A stretch of 63,633 nt of DNA, counting the filler, from Squatina squatina (lineage: Eukaryota), in the NCBI GenBank assembly GCA_031763465.1. It is 3 parts of 3 records of this genome, joined end to end, with 100 filler letters (N's around TTAATTAATTAA, not from the genome) between each part and the next. Parts side by side here need not be neighbours in the genome. Positions count along the whole stretch, not along the records: positions 31,803 to 51,918 come from JARFOE010000004.1; positions 52,019 to 63,633 come from JARFOE010135941.1; 1 more part is not named here. One strand, 5' to 3'. The position numbers and the translations under genes are program-made. Positions within the stretch are counted from its first letter, which is position 1. Every line of letters begins with the position of its first letter. Below are positions 50,147 to 62,449 of the stretch, piece after piece. The notes under the pieces are model-generated. The model was not told the DNA's origin, did not search any database, and saw only the letters and a list, made by a program, of their open reading frames with translations.

Positions 50147-50366
50147 CATGCCACTGATTGACCACTGTCAATTCGATCAGCAAAATGAAGGCAGAGACGA
50201 GATTATTGAAGTTATTCTTGCAGTATCTAAGAGCAGCAAACTGAGAACCCTTCAGTGCTGGATTCCCACAATATTTGGCTGCAGGGTCACTAGAATTAGC
50301 ACCATAAAATCGGATTCTGCCTTTGAATGCTTCCATTCCAACTATTGCAAATATATAGTACACGAC
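50147..50366 (-). CDS. TPCN3: Two-pore channel 3, exon encoding domain II S5 to the pore filter
   Basis: ctttag|VVYYIFAIVGMEAFKGRI...YCGNPALKGSQFA.L.YCKNNFNNLVSAFILLIELTVVNQWH; the VVNQW filter and adjacency to BUB1 point to TPC3. Confidence 0.9.
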
Positions 50367-50448
50367 CTAAAGGAAAATGCATTTAAATTAAAAATTTTAA
50401 AGGGAGCTTGTTGATCCCAATGCCAAAAAAAATGCCATCAATACTTAC

Positions 50449-50518
50449 CACAATAAGTCCTGCATAGGTTAGCATTGTAGGAATAAGTTTTACCAGTGTG
50501 TTCAGCAGAACCCTGAAC
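50449..50518 (-). CDS. TPCN3: TPCN3 exon (domain II S4-S5 linker, 70 bp)
   Basis: Not in the ORF track. tttaaag|(R)FRVLLNTLVKLIPTMLTYAGLIV|gtaagt; an 82-bp phase-0 intron joins it in frame to the next exon. Confidence 0.88.
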
Positions 50519-51364
50519 CTTTAAAAGTAAACAAAATGTACAGAATTGTATATAAAAAGCAAGTCCAGAGTAAAACAAACCCAATCCTTTCAGAGCATGT
50601 ACAATGGCCGTCGCTTCATTTAGTCACTTTCAATTATTCCCCCTCTTCCCTCTCCTGTTAGCTCATGAAGGTACTGATTCATGCTGGGGTAAGATCTGCA
50701 TGTCAGTAGTCATCTTAAGTAAATTGTTTCATGGCCTTGCTCCACACTACCTCTGAACTTCCTACTCTAGTCTACTGTATGTCTGTTTACGTTTTCCCTT
50801 TCCCGCTGCTCCACCATCAATGGAGGAACGTTAAGCTATCAAGCTTCCACACTCTAGAATTTTATTATGAATCACTGCTTTACATCATCTCTCTCCACTT
50901 TCAAAAGACTGCTTAAAATTTGTTTACTGCACCAATACCATATCATCAGTGTGAAAGGAGGGTGAAATTGAGGATCACGACTGGTTATCTTTCTAGTGTT
51001 TGTCAAGACTGGTTGTCTGTTTGCCCTTTTGCCTGACATTGTATGGATAAATATGGAGGTGGAGAAAGATCAAAGAGTGAAATATCTTTTGCACCCATTG
51101 TGCTGCCATCAGGACATTCAAGTCAGCTGTAACATAAGTTAGAAGCAAGATAAAGTTCCTGCTGCAATTCCCAAACATGTATCTCTGCCCCAGTTGAAGA
51201 GTTTATATTGAATTGGATAGGTCCACATTTGATTGTTACAGTTGACTTATTCCCTGCACCAGAGGCTGTCCTGTTCACTTAAAAGTTCTCTTATCCATTG
51301 AGCAGCACGCAAACACTAGCCCATAACTAGTGGAGAGTGGAATGTATTATTAAATGAATCATCA

Positions 51365-51918
51365 AGTTACATCGAGTCTACAGCACAAACATGCAATTTG
51401 GCCCAACTGGTCTATGCTCCACTCGCGCCTCCTCTCGCCCATCTTCATTTAACCCTATCAGCATATCCTTCTAATCCTTTCTCTCTATCCTGGTTTTCTT
51501 GCTTCTCCTTAAGTGCATCTGTGTTATTTGGCTCAACTACTCCTTTTGGTAGCACGTTCCACATTCTTGCTACTCTTTGGGTATGAAGTTTCTCCTGGAT
51601 TTCCTATTGGATTTATCAGTGACTATCTATATTTATGGTCTCTAGTTTTGGTCTGCTGCCACAAGTGGAAACATTTTCTCCACATCTACCCAATCAAAGC
51701 CTTTCATTATCTTAAAGACCTCTATCAGGCTACTCCTCAGTCTTTTTTCTAGAGAAAAGAGCTCCAGCTTGTTGAGTCTTTCTTGCTTGTTATAACCTCA
51801 GTTCTGGTGTCATCCTTGTGAATCATTTTTGCGCCTTCAACAATGCCTCTATATCTTTTTTTTATATAATATGGGGACCAGAACTGTGCCCAGTACTCCC
51901 AAGTGTGGTCTAACCAAG
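51365..51918 (-). mobile_element. CR1 LINE 3' portion
   Basis: Reverse complement is collinear with the CR1 copies at 34584 and 40230. Confidence 0.8.
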
Positions 51919-52018
51919 NNNNNNNNNNNNNNNNNNNNNNNNNNNNNNNNNNNNNNNNNNNNTTAATTAATTAANNNNNNNNNNNNNNNNNNNNNNNNNN
52001 NNNNNNNNNNNNNNNNNN
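51919..52018. other. Artificial scaffold linker N44-TTAATTAATTAA-N44
   Basis: Identical structure to 31703-31802. Confidence 0.95.
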
Positions 52019-52059
52019 GTCTATAATTCTAACGCGTGCAGGAGCTGCCTTGGGAAGGA

Positions 52060-52340
52060 TTTATGCAACAGTATAGAGAGGGTTTGCACCATATCGAACC
52101 CAGTCTATTACAGTCCTGGGATTATTTGATGGGAATGTTCAGCGGGACCTGTACTTTGTATCTACCCCGTGCTTAACATGACCTCATAGTTATTGATGGG
52201 GTCGTGTAGATGGACTTTTATCCTGTACCTAACCAGTGAGGAACATTCTCTGTGAGTCCTTGTTGCGACAGTTTGGAGAGAGCTTTACTCATCACCAAAC
52301 CCAATCTGTGGCTGCCATGGGAATGTTGGATGTGACACAT
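52060..52340. repeat. Degenerate ~66-bp tandem repeat (about 4 units)
   Basis: Recurring gag.g.ctt.act.tgtatcta.ccc.tg....cctgggag.gtttgatggga-like units. Confidence 0.55.
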
Positions 52341-52429
52341 TGTTGTTTGCTCTTAATACACTACAGGTAAATTTATTACAGTGTTCAGCTCATCTCTGTG
52401 AAATACACTGTTCACAAGAATTTGTGAGA

Positions 52430-55040
52430 GACACAGCTCAACTGTGAAATACATGCAAACGGGAATGATATATTTGCAGTTATGGAAACATGGCTGCTGA
52501 GTGACCAATTGGGAACTGAACATTCAAGGTTATCAAAGTTTAGAAAGGGCAGGCATAAAGGGAAAGGAGGTGGGGTGGCTTGTTTCAGGAAAGGATGAAA
52601 TCAATGCATAAAGTGAGAAAGGATATTGACTTGGAAAATCAAGATATAGAGTCAGTCTGCTGGAGCTAAGTAGCAGTAATGACATAAAACATTGGTGGAA
52701 GTTGTTCCTGGGCCTCCAAACAGCAGTGGTAATGTTGGGGATGGCATTAAACAGATTAGAGAAGCATGCAATAAGAGTTCAACTGTAATCATGGGTGCAC
52801 TTAATCTACATACAGGCTGGGCTAACCAAATTAGCATTGATACTTTGCAAGATGAATTCCCAGAATGTGTACAAGACATTTTTTTCGACGAGTACTATGA
52901 GTAACCGACTGGGGAACAGGCTGTCCTGGATTTTGTATTGTGCAATGCGAAGGGTTTAATTCATAATCTTGTTGTGAGATGCCCTTCAGGGTGAAGTTAC
53001 CATAACATGAAAGAATTCCTCATTAAGATAGAAAGTGATGTGGTTCAATGTAACTCTGGTCCTAAATCTAAGCAAACAGAACTAAGAAGTTATGAGGGTC
53101 GAGTTGTCTGGGACAGATTGGGGAACTTCATTACAAGGCATGATGGGGGATAGGCTTTGGCTAACATTTAAGGAATTAATGCAGGAAGTGCCACAATTAA
53201 GCATTCCCTTCTGCCGCAAAAACACAACAGGAAAGGTGACCCAACCATAGCTAACAAAAGAAAAACATAGTATTAGATTATCTTTAATTTGCCAGAAATT
53301 GTTGTAATCCTGAGGATTAGGAGCTCTTCAGAATTCAACTAAGGAGGAAAAGTGAGTGAATAAAAGGGGAACAATAGATTATGAGTGTATCTTGCAAGGA
53401 ATATAAAAGCAGACTGTAAAATGCACAGTTTAAAAGTAAAAAGAAAAATCGTGAATAAATGCAGGTCCCCTCCAGTCAGAAAGGCAAGAACGTAGAAAGA
53501 GTACAAGTGAATGGCAGTCCAGTTAAATGCATACTTGTGTTCTTTCTTCACAGAAGAGGACACAAATAATCTCCCCACAATGCTCGGGAACCCAGGGTCC
53601 AGTCAGTGGAAGGAATTTAAAGAAACGAATATTTGTAAAAAAAAAATAGTGCTGGAGAAATTTATGGGATTGAAAAATGAAAAATCCCCAGGGCCTGATA
53701 ATCTACACCCAGAGGTGGCAATAGAAATGGTGGATGAAATGTTTGCCATCTTGCAAAATTCTTTAGGTTCTGGGACAGTTGCTGATTGGCGGATTGGAAA
53801 TATGACCCCACTATATTAAAAAAAACAGGGAATTATAGACCTGTTACCCTGACATCTGTAGTAGGGAAAATACTGAATCAATTATAAATGCTGTAAAAAC
53901 AGGAGACTTGGGAAGTAGCAAAGGGATAAGACAAAGTCAACATGTTTTTATGAAAGTGAAATCATGTTTGACAAACGTTGTGGATTTTTTTTGAGGATGT
54001 AACTTGCAGAATATATAGAGGAGAACCAGTGGGTGTGCTGCACTTGCTTTTCAGAAGCCTGTTGATAAAGTCCCATATAAGAGGTTAGTATGCACTTAAA
54101 AGGCATGGGATTGGGATAACAGACGGGCATGAATTGAGAACTGTTTAATGGTTAGGAAACCGAGAGGGGGGATAAATGGATCTTTTTCCGGGTTCAGGCG
54201 GTTATGAGTGGGTTGCTGCGGGGATCAGCACTTGGGACCCAGCTATTCACAACAGAGATAAATGACTTGAATGATGGAACCAAATGTAATTTTCCATGTT
54301 TGCTAATGACACCAAACTGGGAGGGAATGTGAGTTGTGAGCAGGATGCAAAGTGTCTTCAAGTAATTTGGACAATTTGAGTGACAGGGCAAATACATGAC
54401 AGATGCAATATAACGTGGATTAATGTGAAGTTATTGACTTCGGTGTGAATAAGTGAAAGGCAGACTATTATTTAAATGGTGATATTTTGGGAAATGCTGA
54501 TGTGCATAGAGAACTGGTAGCCCTTGTACACCAGTCAATAAAAGCAACGAGGCAAGTGCGACAACATTTAGGAAGGGGAATGTAAGTTTGGCCTTCATTG
54601 CAAGAGGACTCGAGTGCAGAAGTACAGATGTCTTCCTGCAGTTATACGGCCTTGATGAGGAGACGCCAGTCGTGTTGCCTGCAATTTTGTTCTCCCGACG
54701 TCAGAAAGGATATTCTTGCAATAGATGGAGTGCAGATAGGTTTCACCAGACTGATACCTGGGAGGGCAGGACTGTTGTATGAGGAGAGATTTAGACTGGG
54801 CCAGTATTCTCCAGCATTTAGAGGAAAGAGAGTGGATCTGATTGATACGTGTAAAATTTTGAGAGGGTTCGACAGGCTAGATGCAGAGAAGATGTTTCCG
54901 CTGTTTGGGGAGCCGAGAACCAGGGTTCACCATCTCACAATACTGAGTAGAGATAGAGGCTCAGCAATGATCATAGTGAATCGGGGAGCAGGATCGAAGG
55001 GCCGAATGGCCTACACTTGCTCCTATTTCTATGTTTATGT
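52430..55040 (+). mobile_element. Long decayed CR1 LINE ORF2 (endonuclease, RT, 3' end)
   Basis: GGGVA, IMGALNL, KSPGPDNLHP, NYRPVTLTSVVGK, GSALGP.LF..IND and FTRLIPG motifs, in order, with many stops and frameshifts. Confidence 0.9.
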
Positions 55041-55129
55041 GCTTTCCCTGTTTCTAAGTTTCTATCTCAAAAGGACTGCTCCCTGTTTGGTTCATCAAAA
55101 TGCTGATCTCGAAAATTATCTTGTATTCA

Positions 55130-56700
55130 GGAATCGCGACACCAGACCAACAATGGAAATTTGGTTTTCCCAGTCTAGATTTCGATTAAAGTCATCCATG
55201 GCTATTGTTTTACCCTTCATAAATGCAATTCTAAATTCCTGATTTGCACCATGTTCAACATGACCATTGCTGTTTGATGGGCTATAAATAATTCCCACTA
55301 AATGTTTCTGCACCTTGCTTATTCTTAGCTTCACCCAAACCGATTACACATCATGAGACACCAAGCCAAGATCATTTCTCACTATTGTACTGACCTCATC
55401 CTTTATTAACAGCGCTACCCCTCCTCCATTTCCGATTTGCCTGACCTTCCTAAATTAAACATAACGTTGACAATTCAGTTTGCCGCCTCAGTCACCCTGC
55501 AGACACGTTTCCTTAATAGCAATTTGATCATACCCATTGAGTTATATTTGTACCATCAATGCAACTGCCTAATTGCGAGAGCTGTGTGCTTTCAGATACG
55601 TTGCCTTTAGTAATTTTTATTTTTTCGCTGCCTGCCAATTTCACGTATTACTTTCATGCTGTTCACTCCAGATTTCTTACTCTCTCTCTTCTGAATCCCA
55701 TCTAAGATTCCCACCCGCCCTGCCACCTTAGTTTAATCTTACGGCCACAGAAGTTCTCACAATCCCCCTTTGAGGATATTGGCCGAGCAGTGTGAGGTGC
55801 AGCCTGTATGGTTGGTACAGGTCCCACCTGCCCCAGAAACAGACTCATTGCCTCAGGAATTTTAAGCAGGCACCATCTCTCAGACTACGCCAATATCTGC
55901 TCAATCCTCCTATTTATGCACTCACTAGCGAGTGGCACTGCAAATTAATCCTGAGACAACCATTAAAGCCCTGCTATTTAATCTCTTTCCCAGGTCTCTC
56001 ACAACTGCTTCCAGGACCTCTTCACTCTTTTTACCGATGTGACTGGCACAGACATAGACGACAACTGTTCACTGTCCCCGATAAGAATGTCCTGCAGCTG
56101 CTCAGTGACATCATTGACCCCAGAACCAGGGAGGCAAAATTCCCTCCTGGAGTCACGGCAATGGCCAGAGAAACGCCTGTCTTTTCACTAAAGCATCCAA
56201 ATCCCTGTCAGTATTGCTCTTCTATGCTTCATCCTCTGCTCGTGTGCAGCTGAACCACTCATGTTGCCAGGGATTTGACTCTGGCTGCACTCCCCTGAGG
56301 TACCATCCTCCTCACCAATATACATAACGGAAAACCAGTTAATGAGCTTGATGGACTCAATCGAATCCTGATCTACCTGCTTGGTCTTCTTGTCTGCCTG
56401 GTCTTCACAATTCCATCTCTGCCTGCACTCCCTTGAGCTGCGGTGTGACCTCCTCCCTAAACGTGCTATCCTTGAAGTTCTGAGCCTCATTGATGCACCA
56501 CAGTGACTCTGGCCACCGCTCCAGCTCTGAATCACGGAGATCAAGTAGCTGCAGCTGGGGGCACTTCCTGCACCTGTGGTCCTCCAGGTCCACCACTTCC
56601 CACATGACACACGATGTACAGTCCACGCAGCCGAACTGCCCTGGCTTGCCTTTACTTTACCTTACAGAATACTGGCTATCAACTAGCAAGTGGAAATACT
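55130..56700 (-). mobile_element. CR1 LINE 5' half (ORF1 and ORF2 endonuclease), decayed, convergent with the previous element
   Basis: CTSCVMWE..HRCRKCPQLQLL ORF1 start homologous to 44843; LVGIIYSPSNS...AMDDFN..LDWENQ endonuclease motifs. Confidence 0.82.
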
Positions 56701-56789
56701 CACCAGTTACTCAGCAATCAGTTGCCTTCCCGGTGCCGACGCAAATTTAATTCCTGACATCGCATTTGGAGCTCTGGCTGTGCTCTGCC

Positions 56790-57140
56790 ATTGCTGTTTC
56801 TGTCTCCGTTACTTTCTCCCTATCTCCGACTGACGTTCTCTGTCCCAATATCACTCTCCATATCTGGTACTGTTTCTGTTACCTTCTCCCTACCTTTCAC
56901 TCTCGGTCTCTGTCCCAATATCTCTCTCTCCTCTTCTGCCTCTGGCTCCGTTATTCGCTCCCTAGCTCTCACTCTCGCTCTCTCTGTCCATATCCCTCTC
57001 TCCTCCCTTCTGTCTTTGTCTTTCCTACTCCCTCCCTCGCTCTCACTTTGAATCTCTCTCACGCCAGTTCAATCTCTCTCTCTTCCCTTCTGTCTCTGTT
57101 TCGATTAAACTCTCACATTCTGTCTGACTCTCTTCCACTG
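56790..57140. repeat. CT-rich low-complexity tract (degenerate microsatellite)
   Basis: Runs of ctct/tctg; strongly pyrimidine-biased on the + strand. Confidence 0.85.
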
Positions 57141-58044
57141 ATTACTTATTTCACTAACTTTCCCTCACCATTGCACTTCCCCATCGAGCACTGTATGATC
57201 ACTATGTGTAACAGTTTCAGCTCTGTGTCATTAAATGTATACAGCAGGTAATGGATACAAATTATTCATGTCTGAATCCGTACTTCCCATGTGTTTATCA
57301 GTGCCTGATTACCTACATGTACAGGATGGAGCAGCTAAAGGGGAATGATTCACTGAGTGGACTGAGTCTCTCTCAATTGGAACACCTGTATATTTTGTAA
57401 ATAATTTATAAAAGATAATTTGTGTGAGATAAAGCAAGAGTTCAGGAGAGAGAGGCAGTGAGAAAGAAATATTTAAGGCAGGGCAGGCGAGAGAGTTTGT
57501 GTGACTGATTCAATGCACAAGATAAACAATGCCGGTGATAGAGAGAGATAGAGGGATTCATGGAATTTGTTATGATTTAAAGTTAGTTTCTCTCACTCAT
57601 GCTGCATATTTCAGCCAAGGGTCTGTGGGAGTCTTTTATTGTTTATTGGAAGCCATTTGCTCCACAATTGTACGGTAAGAACCTGTCAATGAGTGTTCTA
57701 TTATTGCCCTGTGGTCACTGTCAGAAGCAGGAAATTGCTGAGGTCAGTTGGAGAGTTGTCATTTCACATGGTGTCTCTGGCGAAGTGCTGTGATATACAC
57801 AACCTGTCAGTAAATGATTCAACATTACACTGTGATTTGTGGCAAAGAGTTAATATTCTTGGGGTCAGACGTCCGTGAGAGTCTGTTTCAGTACATAATG
57901 CTTCTCTGTCGGCGGGTTATGATGTACAATGTGTGCCAGGCAATACATCAATATTAATCCCGAAACACAGGGCCGCAGGGCTAGATGGTCAAAAAGAATA
58001 TGAGGTCGGATATCGTCATGAAGGAAATTATTCATTTCTTCTCA

Positions 58045-58943
58045 TCATATATTTAGATTTGCAATTAGAGTAAATGGATATTTCACTAGATTCCGCAACT
58101 GCTCCCTGAACTTAGTCTGGGTCACAGCATAAATGCAAGTGTTTGTGCAGCAACTCAGAAGCTGGAGCATGAATCCTATTTCCTTTACATAATGAGGTAG
58201 ATTTACAGACCTATCCCCCAAACGCCATACACGGTTCCATATTGAATACACCATGAGCACAAAATTTAAGAGTATGAAATTCCCCGAGATGAAAAGGAGT
58301 AAAATGATGGACTTCCTCCTGCTCTCCATCTCTGGGTCTCTGGGACTTTCCCCAGTTCTGTGACCCCGGATTCTCCTGCGAGCTCTGCTGGCCACGAAAA
58401 TGTGTCTGACGGTTACAGCGTTGAGCAGCAGAATTAGGACAAATGGGAAACATGGTGTAAAAATCTGATGAAGAAACTCGATTGCTGACCAGACTCGTGA
58501 AAATGCAATATCGAATGTTACAAAACAAAACCAGGGAGTGTTGGTCAAAATATATGAACCCGTCAACATAAAATACCAGAAAATGTTCTTCAGACAGCTC
58601 AGAACAGTCACTAGTCCCAGAACCAAAGCCGCCGTTTTCTCCGTGCAATATTTAGATTTCAACTTTTGGCAACAAATGGCCACGAATCGATCAAAGGTAA
58701 AAGTGACGGTGAACCAGACAGAGCAGTCTGTTGCTGCATAAAGCAGGATGGCGTGGATATTGCACACATGGATAGACATCAAGAAAATAAACTGCTCCAT
58801 GTAAACAATCGGAATCTGCCTCATTATCAGGTCGAGGATAATGACCAGTAGATCTGCCACTGCCATGGCCACCAGGTAACGGGTGACACATTTGGAGAGA
58901 CCGCAATTTCCACGATACAGGATCATAATCGTCACAAAGTTAA
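58045..58943 (-). CDS. Class A GPCR, GPR139/GPR142-like, coding exon 2 (end of TM1 to C-terminus)
   Basis: ctctcag|TT AAC acceptor; YLVAMAVADLLV (TM2), DCSVWFTVTFTFDRFVAICC (TM3), P.F.LILLLN (TM5), CCTNTCIY (TM7); open to the stop. Confidence 0.92.
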
Positions 58944-60369
58944 CTGAGAGGAAGATAAATACACAGAAAATTGTTAAGAGGCTTGGAGGAAGAACAATGA
59001 TTTGATGGAATTCGGGTTGAAATCTGCAACTCATTAGCGACAAGCAATGGAGTAATCAAATTATTTTACCTGTCGAGCTGGATACAGGGATTATTGTAAT
59101 CGGAAAAGCACTGCAGAATCAATCAATAAAAAATGAATAAATAGAAAATGCAAGTAACAGAAGTTTAATCAGTGAGAAATTAAATGAGAGATCTGCCTTT
59201 TGCCCAGCAGACAAAAGCACAGCCCGAGCTCCCAGGGACAGAACAGACCAGAACCTCTCAGGAAGCTTTGGTGTCCCAGGAAAGTTGAGCTGTTAGACCG
59301 GTGCAATTCACTTCTGCGCTCCCAAGTTAGGGAGCAGGTAATCCCATTTTAGTTCCTGCCTCTGGTTAGAATATCCATTATAGATGGAACTGAACATAAA
59401 TACAACAGCAAATTGCAGAAAATGCAACCTTGGGATGCTACAATTAAAGGCAAATGTGATGTCATGAACGGACCTGATTTGCAAATGGTAAGATCACAAA
59501 TTAAACTGCAATACATTTACACAGATAACCTGGTCGGGCGAAGTGTTTTGAATGAGGAGCATTTTCAATATTTGTTGAAATACAGAAACAACCTCATTAA
59601 AATGGTTTTTATATAAAAATAAATAGTTATTTTTCTCCAGGTGCTGTCTCACTAAATTCAGTTCTTTGCATCAAAGCCAGACGAATCATCCAAAAGGCAA
59701 TGTGCCACTTAACGTTTTATTAAAGTGTCTGAACAGGAATTGGAGAGATTTATACTTGAAGTCCTTCAACGGTTGGTGTCCATCTTGTGTAGGGAATATT
59801 AGATGGAAACATACCAAAGGATTTTATTGTTCCCACTATTTCAGGTACAGCGAGTTCGGCTTGTTTATGCTACAGCACAGCAGGAGGCAATAAGGATTCA
59901 TGTGTATTTGGTCTACTAGGATTTGTTCCTGCGATTCTATGCAAGTAACCATGTCGAACCATAGTTGAAAACAAATATGATATAATAGGAATTCTGAAAA
60001 TCTCAAAGAAGAACAGAAAATGTTGGAACTACTTATCAATTCAAGCAGCATCAGGGGAGAGAGAATCAGAGTTAAGGTTCCAGGGCGATGACCTTCTGAC
60101 ATTCAGTTAATAACTCATAAACCAAGGGAAGATTCTTCTGATTTTTTAGACATGATCAATGGATATCACAGACTGAAATTCGGCAAGAAAGTAACCTCTT
60201 TCAATAACTTTTCTTCTGAACAATACCGAACATTTCAATCTCGATAGCACTGTATCACCTGCAGGATTATTACCCTAAACAGCATGAATGATGAATGAAA
60301 ATGGGAGAAATACTGGAAAGCATTATTTGTATAATTCATAGCTAGATACAACAACTTGCGCGGGGCACC

Positions 60370-60990
60370 ACCAAGAGTCTGAGGTAGTGGAGAGTAAATG
60401 ACAATGAAAGTAATTCAGAGAAACATGGATAATAGAATTAGAAGCTGGTTGCAGAGATTATGGTGAAGACCAAAAGCAGCCTGGAAGGGTGGACAGTAAA
60501 TTACAATGAGAGTAATTCAGTTTAATATGGATCCGAGAATTAGTGGCTGGTTACAGAGATTACTGTGAAGACCAACAGCAGTCTGGAAGGGTGGACAGTA
60601 AATGAAAATGAGAGTAATTGAGTGAAACATGAATCATAGAATTAGCAGCTGGCTACAGAGATTACTGTGAAGACCAACAGCAGTCTGAGGTATTTGGAGA
60701 TTAAAAGACTAAGTGAGTAATTCAGTGAGACATGGATCCACCAATCAGTACCTGATTGCAGAGATTACTGTGGAGTCCAACAGCAGACTGGAAGGGTGGA
60801 GAGTAAATGACAATGAGAGTAATTCAGTGAAACATGGATTCTCCAATCAGTAGCTGGTTGCAGAGATTACTGTGGAGACCAACAGCAGACTGGAAGGGTG
60901 GAGATTAAATGAAAAGCAGAGTAATTCAGTGAAACATGTATCATAGCATTAGTCACTGGTTACAGAGATTAATGTGAAGACCAACAGCAG
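60370..60990. repeat. 102-bp tandem repeat, about 6 copies, inside the GPCR intron
   Basis: agtaatt anchor at 60409, 60511, 60613, 60716, 60818, 60920. Confidence 0.92.
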
Positions 60991-61153
60991 AGACTCTGTT
61001 ACAATATCATCAAACAGCATTCCTGTGTTAACACAGAGGAACAAACTATAACATGGAATATATTTAGTACCAGATTATTCCATGTCAAATAACAAGAATA
61101 ATATTACAGAGTAATACGTTTTATATAATTAATAACTAGAGATAGATACATAC

Positions 61154-61274
61154 GGGGAACAGCAACTGCAGCGAGGAAGGGATAGTAAATCTTTCGTAGA
61201 TAGAAAATGATGCGCCCAATTCGCAGGACTTCGTCCCAATTATCAGGAATTGGTGGGGCGGGGGGAGGACTCAT
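61154..61274 (-). CDS. GPR139-like GPCR coding exon 1
   Basis: MSPPPAPPIPDNWDEVLRIGRIIFYLRKIYYPFLAAVAVP C|gtatgt; phase 1 joins exon 2 as ...VP-L-NFVTIMIL, giving 339 aa; YY..L.....P.N is the GPR139-type TM1. Confidence 0.85.
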
Positions 61275-61789
61275 GATGCCCCTTCTGCGGGTCGCTGTAG
61301 CTGCTGAAAGTATGAGGTGATACCGTGAAGGGAGCTCCTTATGTACAGCAGAGATAAATCCCCGAGTGACATCATTAGGCTGTACTGTAACTGGCATTAA
61401 TTACAGACATTTAACAAACAGACTCACTGAACCGTTTTCCCCTCCACACTTTACTGCAACAGAATCTCGACACCTTATTGTACACAGCTTGAAAATAATA
61501 AAATGAGCTAAAGCTCAATATATCACCCAGCCAAAAATTACCCAGGACAGAACACAGAGAACGGAGTTTCTCTTCCTGCATTGAAATACACCTCAGAAAA
61601 AAATGACAAGAAACTGAGCGAAGAAATTGGAGATTAAAAGCTGAGAAACGATGGATCGCCTCAATCTTCTGGACTTCATCCCATCCGAGAACATCAGTGT
61701 AAAAACCATCACAGTATTTAAATATTCCTAAAAGGCAGCAACTTAGAGAGATCTCAGTGAGGGAACCAATAATGTGTCGACATGACAAT

Positions 61790-62175
61790 GCCCCCACTTT
61801 TATCCATGAATTTCATCCCGAAGGCCGCCTGGATTACACTACTCTCAGCTCAGTCCAGGAATTCCATTCCCGAGGTCATGTGGATTACACATCTCCCACC
61901 TCAGTCCAGGAATTTCATCCCAGAACTATCTAGCTTGCTCTGCTCTGCCTCAGTCCATAAAATGAATTCCTAAGGCCGCCTGGATTATATGTCGGCCAAC
62001 TCGGTTAAGGCCTTTCATTCCCAGGGCCGGCGAGAATCTACTGCTCCTGCCTCAGTGCAATAATTCATTTTCCAGGGCCACCTAGATTGCACAACTTCTG
62101 CCTCAACGAGGATTGTAATTGCCAGGGCCTGCGAGATAATACTTCTCCCACCTCATCCAGGAAGTTCTTTCCCAG
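61790..62175. repeat. Degenerate ~51-bp tandem repeat, about 7 copies, upstream of the GPCR
   Basis: Recurring cctcagtccaggaattycat.ccc.aggcc.cctggattacac units. Confidence 0.75.
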
Positions 62176-62449
62176 TGCATTTTACTTTTGCCTGACACTG
62201 CAACAATAACCACAACAGCATGTTGTGAAAGAATTTACTTTCCCGGCCAAACAGGCCTTGGAAATCTACAGAAGAAAAGAACAAATAAATGGAGCAAAGT
62301 GTCATCGAGGTAATCAAAGGAAAGCACGTAACACGTTAACGCATGCGACAAATATCCAGCATGCCTCAGAATACTCCGTGACTCGCTGTGGAAAGATTCA
62401 GAAACTCACATTGTCATCCTCATAGAAATACACCGATCAAGAATATCCC

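Noticed and set aside
56766-57251. Ser/Leu-rich and Glu/Arg-rich ORFs
   Set aside because: Translations of the CT-rich low-complexity tract
58944-59043. Hydrophobic N-terminus of the 332-aa GPCR ORF
   Set aside because: It is the intron's polypyrimidine tract; the real TM1 start is supplied by the exon at 61154-61274
60370-60990. CRISPR-like periodic array
   Set aside because: Whole 102-bp units repeat with no unique spacers; eukaryotic context and no cas genes
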